From NCBI RefSeq assembly GCF_006345805.1, contig NC_043017.1, positions 28,334,001 to 28,398,000 of the forward strand: a DNA stretch of 64,000 nucleotides, given 5' to 3'. This DNA comes from Octopus sinensis (lineage: Eukaryota). Position 1 is the first letter of the stretch, and every line of letters begins with the position of its first letter. The notes below the pieces were generated by a model, which saw only the letters and a program-made list of their open reading frames with translations, searched no databases and was not told where the DNA came from. Positions 49,956-61,000 of the stretch are shown in pieces. A program made the translations under genes and the position numbers.

Positions 49956-50537
49956 AAGCGGGTCCATATATCGAACCCCCGACCCAATTATGACATAAAA
50001 ACTAAGCCACGCGGCTCCTAATAATTGCTTCTGAATTACACACAGAGCCAGGAGTTTTGGGTGTAGGCTGTTAGTTGATAACATTGAAATTGCAGAACTT
50101 GACTGGTACATTATTTTATCGATTCTGAAAGGCTGAAAGCCAAGTATGACCTCGACGGGATCTGAACACAGAACTTAAAGAGCCAAGATTTGCAATGATT
50201 TTTCCCCACGCCCAACTGCCTTTAATTATAGTTTCGAATCTAGACAGAAGTACAACAACTTTGAGCAAAGGGTTAGTCCATATCATCGATACTAATGCAG
50301 GAGTGGTATTTTAAGTTTGAACTCAAAGTTGTCCCCATCAGGGGTTCAAAATAATACATTTTTCCTAGGTTTAACGACTCGCCCAGTTCAACACGCTGCT
50401 CTATCAATTTAACTTTTATCACATTTTCTAACTTTAGTACCACGCCAAAAACTGTGTCGGGAGGGAGAAATCAATGACATCGAACCCATACTCAGCTGTT
50501 ACTTATCTTATCCTTTTCTATTCTAGGAACAAGGGCT

Positions 50538-50946
50538 GGATCTTTTCGGTTTGAACGGCAGTTTTTTCTAGCGGTGTCATATGAAATTGTCACCCATAAT
50601 TATGACCCTAGAATCGATCTATGCATATCAATCTCTTTTAGAGTTAGGGGTTGGGGACGGGTTTCTTTTTTTCTTCACAGATGTAAATAAACCCAATCTG
50701 TTTCTTAAACGAAGGACATACTCATACAGCACAGAATGCTTTTTAACTCAATAGACGTCACTGATTGGTTGAAATTGCAGAAATTGAAGAAAAAAAACAA
50801 CAAATATCCTACAAACTATAGAATTTTCTCAATAAAGCCAAGAGAAAAAGATGTTTTATAAACACATTCTACCAGTATACGCAGTTTAAAATTTTTTAGT
50901 TATCTAGAAATTATGTTAAAAACTGCCGTTCAAACCGAACAGATCC
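50538..50946 (+). mobile_element. GGATC-ended MITE inserted into the tail of a SINE group A copy
   Basis: Full TIRs; TSD CAAGGGCT / TAAGGGCC (6/8). Confidence 0.9.
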
Positions 50947-51440
50947 TAAGGGCCGAACTTTTGTGGGGGAGGGGGCCTGTCGATTAGATCGACCCAAATA
51001 CGCAACTGGTACTTATTTAATTGACCCCGAAAGGATGAAAGGCAAAGTCGACCTCGGCGGAATTTGAACTCAGAACGCAACGGCAGACGAAATACGGCTA
51101 CGCATTTCGCCCGGCATGCTAACGATTGTACCAGCTCGTCGCCACTGTTACTTATCTTATCGACATTGAAAGGATAAATGCAAAGTCGAACTCGGCAGAG
51201 AATTTGAACTCAGGGCGTAAAGACAGACGAAATGCCGTTAAGCACTTGGCTCAGCGTGCTAACAATTCTGTCAACTCGCTGTCTTAACTGTCAATAATTT
51301 CTAACTTTGTCACAAGGCCTGCAATTTCATGGGAAAGTGAATTCGATTAACATCCAGCCCAGTGATTAACTAGTACATATTTTACCGATCCTGAAAGGTC
51401 ATATGTAAAGTCGGCCACAGCGGAATTTGAATATCGATAC
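50947..51440 (-). mobile_element. Cluster of about three SINE group A copies
   Basis: Cores and box B at about 51030-51075, 51170-51215 and 51390-51432. Confidence 0.8.
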
Positions 51441-51601
51441 CCTAGTGTTTAATAATCAATTATAAGAGTAGTGCTTTCAAATATTGGCACCAGCCAATAT
51501 GAGGTGGGAGGGAAGTAATAAAAGGAGGGAAGTAATAAAATAAATATCTCACGACGTATTTTCGGAAGAAGGGGAGGAGAAAATGTTGCTGTTGAAGCAG
51601 A

Positions 51602-51604
<3 letters not shown>

Positions 51605-51683
<79 letters not shown>

Positions 51684-51783
51684 AGAGAGAGAGAGAGAGT
51701 GTGTATGTGTGTGTGAGAGAGAGATAGTGTGTGTATGTGTGAGAGAGAGAGAGAGTGTGCGTGTGTGTGTGAGAGAGAGAGAG

Positions 51784-51817
<34 letters not shown>

Positions 51818-51840
51818 TGTGTGTGTGTGTGAAAGAAAGA
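51605..51840. repeat. (GA)n/(GT)n compound microsatellite
   Basis: Direct inspection. Confidence 0.9.
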
Positions 51841-52486
51841 TGGATAGATATATAGATAGGAGGTAGTGTTATAACCACAGTAACTGACAGGTTTTGATTA
51901 AAAAGTGGTAATTTTAAGGGTAAGTCTGTCAACACAACGCAACACAAACTAAAAAAAAGGGCTACATGTAAAAATGATGTTTTATATATATATATATATA
52001 TAATATATATATATATATATAAAATTATTTGTTGTTTGTATGTGCGTGCGCTCGCATGTGTGTCTTTCAACATATAGGCACAGCAACACTGACTTTAAAA
52101 AAGCCTTTCACTTAGAACAATTTATGAAGGCAGCGTAGTGACGGGCAACGACCTAGGAGTTATAATAATTATGATAATGACAATCGTTTCTAAATTAAGG
52201 AGAAGCTCAGAAATTTTGATGCTAGGAGTAAATAGAAACTGACGACTCCAGTATTTGGTAATGAAATATATAAGAATGGTACTAAAGTATAAGAATAGCG
52301 CCCACCATCGACATGTTTTGCCCCAATGTGTTTTAATATTGCCACAACCGGTTAAAAGACACACCATTCTAGAAGTTTCCTCTTGCACTCGTGTTGTTTC
52401 ACTTCACGTTAAATTTGATGAGCAGACCTACGGACGCAGAGATCGCAGCTGTGAACACCTCGATTTTATTTCCCATTTATTGTAAA

Positions 52487-52756
52487 CTAGCAGCATAGCC
52501 CGGTGTTGCCCGGGTATGTAAGAAACTTTGTCGATAAGCAATGCCCTTTACCTTTTTACATGTCGAATTTATCGATTTTTTTCAGAACTGCGGGAACTTT
52601 TAAAAATTTTCGCTGCGTTAGTTTTGAATTATGACATTGGGCTATGTGTGTGTCAAGTGTCATCAGAATCGGTTGAAAGCCGTGGTCAAGGTGAGAGTAC
52701 AACCTGACAGACACACAGACAGACAGACAAACTGCCTTTTATATATAGAGAGAAGA
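52487..52756 (-). mobile_element. Non-autonomous Helitron, second subfamily (270 bp)
   Basis: Minus strand A|TCTTCTCTCTATATATAAAAGG, (GTCT)n, hairpin CCCGGGCAACACCGGG, CTAG|T. Confidence 0.85.
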
Positions 52757-53059
52757 TTATTTAAAGTTGCATGATTTCCTTGGTAAAATGTGGTTTATTT
52801 CGTTGATATTTCTACCGAGTGGATCGATCACAAAGACACCCCTTCGTCAGTTCTTTACCATTCTCTCAATTCTTTTCCAAAATATATCGATTTGCAGCTA
52901 AACAAACTGAACCTCTACTGCATCGTTTTACCACTCACAGTAGCCCCACGAATATCACTGGTGCGATTCTTTCCATGTGCTGAAAACCTTCAACAGAAAC
53001 ATGAACTAAGAAAAAGACGGTGATGAAAAGCAAAAAAGAAAACAAATAAAAAAAGCAAT

Positions 53060-53275
53060 GTGGAGGCGCAATGGCCTAGTGGTTAGGGCAGCGGACTCGC
53101 GGTCGCAGGATCGCGGTTTCGATTCTCAGACCGGGCGTTGTGTGTGTTTATTGAGCGAAAACACCTAAAAGCTCTACGAGGCTCCGGCAGGGGGTGGTGA
53201 TCCCTGCTGTACTCTTTCACCACAATGGCGGTGCCCCAGCATGGCCACAGCTCAAGAGCTGAAACTGGAAAAACA
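53060..53275 (+). mobile_element. SINE group C 5' half joined to a group-B-like tail
   Basis: Group C sequence to CTTTCACCACAA, then TGGCGGTGCCCCAGCATGGCCACAG...CTGAAAC. Confidence 0.75.
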
Positions 53276-53374
53276 AACAAACAAAAAAAATACAAAAAGG
53301 GAAAACGAAAGAAGCCTTAAGATCCTGTAAAATATATGCTGTTATTTTTTACTAATGTTTTCGTACATTTTCAG

Positions 53375-53476
53375 GTTAATAATGTATTTAGAAACCAGCT
53401 GTCTCTTCCAGCTTGGTCACGGATGCTGCTTCTTGAAGCTTTGAGTTCCTGCATTAAGCTGTTTCAAGTGAAGCTG
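53375..53476 (+). CDS. Candidate 102-nt phase 0-0 exon (VNNVFRNQLSLPAWSRMLLLEALSSCIKLFQVKL)
   Basis: TACTAAT branch-like site, pyrimidine tract, CAG|G acceptor, CTG|GTACGT donor; could instead be the antisense of a decayed Tc1-like remnant. Confidence 0.25.
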
Positions 53477-53599
53477 GTACGTCAACATACTCATGCAATC
53501 AAAAGAATTGAAATTCGAAGCCAGAAACTGGAAAAAGATCTACAACCACGATGCAATGACCATATTGATTCAATAAATTTATATACATACTCTCTCTCT

Positions 53600-54020
53600 C
53601 TCTTTACTCTTTTACTTGTTTCAGTCATGTGACTGTGGCCATGCTGGAGCACCGCCTTTAGTCGAGCAAATCGACCCCAGGACTTATTCTTTGTAAGCCT
53701 AGTACTTATTTTATCGGTGTCTTTTTTGCCGAACCGCTAAGTTACGGGGACGTAAACACACTAGCATCGGTTGTCAAACGATGTTGGGGGGACAGATACA
53801 CCCACACCCACACAAACATATATATATATATATATATACACATATATATATATATACCACGGGCTTCTTTCAGTTTCCGTCTATCAAATCCACTCCCAAG
53901 GCTTTAATCGGCCCGAGGCTACAGTAGAAGACACTTACCCAAGGTGCCACGCAGTGGGACTGAACCCGAAACCATGTGGTTCGTAAGCAAGCTACTTACC
54001 ACACAGCCACTCCTACGCCT
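53600..54020 (-). mobile_element. SINE group B, full length
   Basis: Matches other group B copies. Confidence 0.92.
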
Positions 54021-54084
54021 AAATTGTTCTTATGATTATTCATCAAATATATATATGCAACCGTGTTCGCCAATATACATTATA

Positions 54085-54315
54085 TATTTCTTTACTGCCC
54101 ACAAGGGGCTAAACATAGAGGGGACAAACAAGGACAGACAAAGAGATTAAGTCGATTACATAGACTCCAGTGCGTAACTGGTACTTAATTTATCGACCCC
54201 GAAAGGATGAAAGGCAAAGTCGACCTCGGCGGAATTTGAACTCAGAACGTAACGGCAGACGAAATACGGCTACACATTTCGCCCGGCTTGCTAACGTTTC
54301 TGCCTGCTCACCACC
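54085..54315 (-). mobile_element. Young SINE group A (tail 1)
   Basis: 19-bp TSD TTCGCCAATATACATTATA at 54066-54084 and 54316-54334. Confidence 0.92.
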
Positions 54316-54535
54316 TTCGCCAATATACATTATAATATAAACAATATTTTCGAGCATACAGGTATGGGAATATATTCTCAAACTTGTTAGGGAATAAGTT
54401 CAAATGAAGATATTAAATGGAATTTTAATAGAATTCAGCAATACGGTTAAGTTTTCTTTAGTTACCATTTTTCTTTCGTCAGCATTGAAGTGATTATCAT
54501 GCAGAAACATTATAAGTACATTCTGTCATTTATCG

Positions 54536-54826
54536 TGGAGGCGAAATGGCCCAGTGGTTAGGGCAGCGGACTCGCGGTCGGAGGATTGCGGTTTCGATTC
54601 CCAGACTGGGCGTTGTGTGTGTTTATTGAGCGAAAACACCTAAAGCTCCGGCAGGGGGTGGTGGTGATCTCTGTTGTACTTTTTCGCCCAATTTTCTCTC
54701 ACTTGTTTCTTGAGTAATGCTGCGATCGACTGGCGTCCCTTACTACTGGCGGGGGAACACGTACGCCATAGGGACTGAGAAACCGGGCCCATGAGCCTGG
54801 CTAGACTTGAAAAGGGCGCATAAATA
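54536..54826 (+). mobile_element. SINE with group C head and a different tail
   Basis: Group C head and centre, then GACTGGCGTCCC...GAAACCGGGCCCATGAGCCTGGCTAG...GCATAAATAAA. Confidence 0.75.
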
Positions 54827-55134
54827 AAAAATAAAGATGTTATCTATCAGCCATTGAGACCAGGTTAGCCACGAGATACCAAGAGAGTCTCTAAGTGGTT
54901 CCATTAATTGCTAGAAATAGCAACGAAATCTACAAATAATGTCCTACTGTCTTAAAGATACGGACCTGAACATTGTAAAAAGCATGCCAGATGGGATGAA
55001 ACTGCTACATCTGGCCAAATTCTGATTGTAGCTCCGCTCACTTACAGCTGAGTTAGAAATAAACAATAGTGGTGATAGAACATTTACCAAGGTTCAGCTG
55101 TAACAGCAGAAATATGCATTTAGGTTAGAAATGT

Positions 55135-55310
55135 TGTCTGTTTCTTCTCGAGCCATGCCTGGCTCATAAAGGCCGGTTTCCCGGTTTCCTTGGAGTGTAG
55201 GTTCCCCACCAGGACGAGACGCCCGTCCGTCGCTGGTGAGCTGCAAGATGCACGAGGAAAGAGTGAAAGTTGTGGCGAAAGAGTCAGCAGACGTTCGCCA
55301 TTACCTTCTT
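55135..55310 (-). mobile_element. 5'-truncated SINE related to group C / 54536 variant
   Basis: Shares CTCTTTCGCCACAACTTTC and a GGGGAAC...GAAACCGG...ATGAGCC...GGCT tail. Confidence 0.6.
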
Positions 55311-55547
55311 AATATGGACTGAGGATTTCTTATCATAACTTGACATTGTAATATTTCGCTAATTTCTTAGTCATGATTAGTAAAGTCGAAATCGGTTGGC
55401 TCTGTTAATATTTTATAAAAATATATTTACATTCTTTCCATCTTCCCTCTTATATTTTTCACTACAACTCACAAGCTGGCAGAAATATAAAATCTTTTCA
55501 ACAAATGTATGCAAGTGTGTATATATACCACGCAGTTTCTTATAACA

Positions 55548-55569
55548 AATAATAATAATAATAATAATA

Positions 55570-55608
<39 letters not shown>

Positions 55609-55700
55609 GTGATGGTGATGATGATGATGATGATGATGATAGTGGTGGTGGTGGTGGTGGTGGTGGTGGTGGTGGTGATAATGATGATGATGATGATGTT
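55548..55700. repeat. Compound trinucleotide microsatellite (AAT)(GAT)(GGT)(GAT)
   Basis: Direct inspection. Confidence 0.95.
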
Positions 55701-56297
55701 CACCCTATTAATCTGAAAGACTCGAAAAAATAAAATAAAACGCAAGGAAGACGGAAAGCGGACTTTCATAGACGCGTGGACTCAAACAACAAGTTTTCCG
55801 ACGCCGAGGGCTAAAAAAAAAAAAACGTTAGAAAATACATATATTTGAACGAACTAAACCTTCATAAAAAAACAAAATACCACGAAATAATTTCAGTCTA
55901 TGAAATAATAACCATAATAAAACAAAATATATGTTTAAATTTCCATTTTTTTTTTCTTTAAGGAAATCTACATTTCTCCTTAAGCAACACTCTACTTCCT
56001 CTTCTTGTTCATCGTGGTAATTTAATTTATCGACTCAGATAGAATTTAAACATCGAAATTAGATATTGTGAATAAGCAGTACAACGTATTTTCTCCGATA
56101 GTACTTCTGGCTACAGTTCCTGCTTATGTTATTGATTCCTAGCATAGACACAGCACCACTTTAAGGGACAGTCGATTTTAAAGACCCATGTATTTTTATT
56201 GGTATATATTCTATCGTTCCCTGGTGGATGAAAAGGAAAAATGCAAAGGCAAGCAAAGCATATAGGTGTTACATTCAGAAATTAAAAGATCATAACT

Positions 56298-56681
56298 TGA
56301 AGCACTCCGTCGGTTACGACGACGAGGGTTCCGGTTGATCCGATCAACGGAACAGCCTGCACGTGAAATTAACGTGCAAGTGGCTGAGCACTCCACAGAC
56401 ACGTGTACCCTTAACGTAGTTTTCGGGGATATTCAGCGTGACACAGAGGGTGACAAGGCCGGCCCTTTGAAATACAGGTACAACAGAAACAGGAAGTAAG
56501 AGTGAGAGAAAGTTGTGGCGAAAGAGTACAGCAGGGATCACCACCATCCCCTGCCGGAGCCTCGTGGAGCTTTTAGGTGTTTTTGCTCAATAAACACTCA
56601 CAACGCCCGGTCTGGGAATCGAAACCGCGATCCTACGACCGCGAGTCCGTTGCTCTCACCACTGGGCCATTGCGCCTCCAC
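56298..56681 (-). mobile_element. SINE group C, full length
   Basis: Reverse complement of 3453-3838; CATAACT on both flanks. Confidence 0.92.
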
Positions 56682-57069
56682 AAAAGAACATAACTATATA
56701 CTTACGAAATAGTTTGGCCGAAACTGTTTCAATGCCACATGTACAACACAATGATACATGTACCATACATGTACCACTCAAATGATGCAGATTTTATCTG
56801 TTTTCTTGTAGTTGACCAATACCACATACGTTTGCAATGATGAGAGTCGATTAAGCATAAAACATTACGTGGACTAATGAGGAATGTTTAAAAGTGAGTT
56901 GTATTCATGAGCAAGGCGCTCCCCTTCGCGTCGCTCAAGTCTAGGGTTGGTGCAGCAGTTTCCTTCTTCAGCTGTTCTGCTGGTCCATACGATGGAAGGG
57001 CCGACAGGGTGCCTATCTCTGCCGGTAAATATTTAAGTATAAAGATGGGTACAACATCTTTATACACGA

Positions 57070-57468
57070 CTAGCAGTATCGCCCGGCGTTGCTCGGGTTT
57101 GTAAGGGAAATAACTATATAAGCATTTTTAGAGAGTTATAGCCAAAAAATAGCAAAAAAATGCATTAAAAATGGAAAACAAATTGATGGTAATTTTTTTT
57201 TAAAAATCGTTGACTCATCGTAGACATTTTTAGAGAGTTACTTCCCTTATATAATAGCGAAAAAATGCATTAAAATGAAAAAAAAGATGGTAAATTTTTT
57301 TTTAAATCGTAGACTCATCGTAGACGCGCGCTAATACCCCGAAGGGCTCGATATGAATCACGACTATAAGATACCCGGTTTTGGTTAAAATGCACTGCAA
57401 AATGTGGGAGTAGTTAGGAATCTAAATCGTAGGAGACAGACACACAACTTGACTTTTATATGTAAAGA
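57070..57468 (-). mobile_element. Non-autonomous Helitron, same family as 40009-40407
   Basis: Same TC and hairpin-CTAG ends, A|T target; internal segments differ. Confidence 0.9.
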
Positions 57469-58032
57469 TAACATTTAATTCATATAAGTAAGTATTAATT
57501 CATAAAAATAAGTATATTACTATACAGATTATTCAATTCCATCTCCTTCATAAAATATCAATAATTTCTAATTCTGGCGAATATCTAGCAATTTTGGAGT
57601 AGGGGTTAAGTCGATTACATCTACCCCTATGTTTCACTGGTACAACAACTAGGCACAAGGCCCCGAACAACAACAATGTCAACAACGAAGACAAATGTTG
57701 CAATAACGACAAAAAAAAATAGCGACAGCATCACCAGAAGAAGAATACGCATCAACACAACGCCATTGTGATGATGATGATAATCAGTAATAGCATTAAC
57801 AACAACAGCAATAACAACACGAACAACAGCAGCAGCAATAGCAGCAGGAAGCAATAACAACAAAATGAGTAACAACAACGACAATATCAACAACACCAGC
57901 AACATCTACGAATAGAGCATCACCAAGAACATCAACAACAACCGCAAGCACAATTTAACAGTCTGTAATGGAAAGATCACATAAAAATCTGCAAGGAATT
58001 GAACCCCGTACTACAGTTACTTAATCCTATCG

Positions 58033-61000
58033 TCAAACACGTGGAAGCACCGTAGTATTTCTTCTGACACTCAGTGTGAAAACCCTTCCCAGAAGAACTT
58101 TACCTCAAACTCGTGAAAGCACCGTAGTATTTGTTCTGACACTCAGTGATCAAAACCCTTCCCAGAAGAACTTTACCTCAAACTCGTGGAAGCACCGTAG
58201 TATTTGTTCTGACACTCAGTGATCAAAACCCTTCTCAGAAGAACTTTACCTCAAACTCGTGGAAGCACCGTAGTATTTGTTCTGACACTCAGTGATCAAA
58301 ACCTTCCCAGAAGAATTTTACTTCAAACTCGTGGAAGCACCGTAGTATTTGTTCTGACACTCAGTGTTCAAAACCCTTCCCAGAAGAACTTTACCTCAAA
58401 CTCGTGGAAGCACCGTAGTATTTGTTCTGACACTCAGTGTTCAAAACCCTTCCAGAAGAACTTTACTTCAAACTCGTGGCAAGCCGTGGAAGCACCGTAG
58501 TATTTGTTCTGACACTCAGTGTGAAAACCCTTCCCAGAAGAACTTTACCTCAAACTCGTGGAAGCACCGTAGTATTTGTTCTGACACTCAGTATTCAAAA
58601 CCCTTCCCAGAAGAACTTTACTTCAAACTCGTGGAAGCACCGTAGTATTTGTTCTGACACTCAGTGTGAAAACCCTTCCCAGAAGAACTTTACCTCAAAC
58701 TCGTGGAAGCACCGTAGTATTTGTTCTGACACTCAGTGTTCAAAACCCTTCCCAGAAGAACTTTACCTCAAACTCGTGGAAGCACCGTAGTATTTGTTCT
58801 GACACTCAGTGATCAAAACCCTTCCCAGAAGAACTTTACCTCAAACTCGTGGAGCACCGTAGTATTTGTTCTGACACTCAGTGATCAAAACCCTTCCCAG
58901 AAGAACTTTACCTCAAACTCGTGGAAGCACCGTAGTATTTGTTCTGACACTCAGTGATCAAAACCTTCCCAGAAGAACTTTACCTCAAACTCGTGGAAGC
59001 ACCGTAGTATTTGTTCTGACACTCAGTGTTCAAAACCCTTCCCAGAAGAACTTTACCTCAACTCGTGGAAGCACCGTAGTATTTGTTCTGACACTCAGTG
59101 ATCAAAACCCTTCCCAGAAGAACTTTACCTCAAACTCGTGAAAGCACCGTAGTATTTGTTCTGACACTCAGTGATCAAAACCCTTCCCAAAGAACTTTAC
59201 TTCAAACTCGTGGAAGCACCGTAGTATTTGTTCTGACACTCAGTGATCAAAACCCTTCCCAGAAGAACTTTACCTCAAACTCGTGGAAGCACCGTAGTAT
59301 TTGTTCTGACACTCAGTGATCAAAACCCTTCCCAGAAGAACTTTACCTCAAACTCGTGGAAGCACCGTAGTATTTGTTCTGACACTCAGTGATCAAAACC
59401 CTTCCCAGAAGAACTTTACCTCAAACTCGTGGAAGCACCGTAGTATTTGTTCTGACACTCAGTGATCAAAACCCTTCCCAGAAGAACTTTACTTCAAACT
59501 CGTGGAAGCACCGTAGTATTTGTTCTGACACTCAGTGATCAAAACCCTTCCCAGAAGAACTTTACTTCAAACTCGTGGAAGCACCGTAGTATTTGTTCTG
59601 ACACTCAGTGATCAAAACCCTTCCCAGAAGAACTTTACTTCAAACTCGTGGAAGCACCGTAGTATTTGTTCTGACACTCAGTGATCAAAACCCTTCCCAG
59701 AAGAACTTTACCTCAAACTCGTGGAAGCACCGTAGTATTTGTTCTGACACTCAGTGATCAAAACCCTTCCCAGAAGAACTTTACCTCAAACTCGTGGAAG
59801 CACCGTAGTATTTGTTCTGACACTCAGTATTCAAAACCCTTCCCAGAAGAACTTTACTTCAAACTCGTGGAAGCACCGTAGTATTTGTTCTGACACTCAG
59901 TGTGAAAACCCTTCCCAGAAGAACTTTACCTCAAACTCGTGGAAGCACCGTAGTATTTGTTCTGACACTCAGTGTGAAAACCCTTCCCAGAAGAACTTTA
60001 CTTCAAACTCGTGGAAGCACCGTAGTATTTGTTCTGACACTCAGTGTGAAAACCCTTCCCAGAAGAACTTTACCTCAAACACGTGGAAGCACCGTAGTAT
60101 TTGTTCTGACACTCAGTGTGAAAAATCTTCCCAGAAGAACTTTACCTCAAACTCGTGGAAGCACCGTAGTATTTGTTCTGACACTCAGTGTGAAAACCCT
60201 TCCCAGAAGAACTTTACCTCAAACACGTGGAAGCACCGTAGTATTTGTTCTGACACTCAGTGTGAAAAATCTTCCCAGAGAACTTTACCTCAAACTGTGT
60301 GGAAGCACCGTAGTATTTGTTCTGACACTCAGTATTCAAAACCCTTCCAGAAGAACTTTACTTCAAACTCGTGGAAGCACCGTAGTATTTGTTCTGACAC
60401 TCAGTGTGAAAACCCTTCCAGAAGAACTTTACCTCAAACTCGTGGAAGCACCGTAGTATTTGTTCTGACACTCAGTGTGAAAACCCTTCCCAGAAGAACT
60501 TTACTTCAAACTCGTGGAAGCACCGTAGTATTTGTTCTGACACTCAGTGTGAAAACCCTTCCCAGAAGAACTTTACCTCAAACTCGTGGAAGCACCGTAG
60601 TATTTGTTCTGACACTCAGTGTGAAAACCCTTCCCAGAAGAACTTTACCTCAAACTCGTGGAAGCACCGTAGTATTTGTTCTGACACTCAGTATCAAAAC
60701 CCTTCCTAGAACGAACTTTACTTCAAACTCGTGGAAGCACCGTAGTATTTGTTCTGACACTCAGTGTGAAAACCCTTCCCAGAAGAACTTTACCTCAAAC
60801 TCGTGGAAGCACCGTAGTATTTGTTCTGACACTCATGATCAAAACCCTTCCCAGAAGAACTTTACCTCAAACTCGTGGAAGCACCGTAGTATTTGTTCTG
60901 ACACTCAGTATTCAAAACCCTCCCAGAAGAACTTTACTTCAAACTCGTGGAAGCACCGTAGTATTGTTCTGACACTCAGTGATCAAAACCCTTCCCAGAA

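Noticed and set aside
55413-55769. Poly-Ile/Thr and poly-Asp/Gly ORFs
   Set aside because: Compound trinucleotide microsatellite.
57627-57960. Hydrophobic membrane-like ORF (and its Asn/Gln-rich antisense)
   Set aside because: Degenerate (CAA)n low-complexity sequence.
58040-58055. Similarity of satellite TGGAAGCACCGT to the reverse complement of the SINE C 3' end (TGGAAGCACTCCGT)
   Set aside because: Only about 12 bp and does not extend; compatible with chance.
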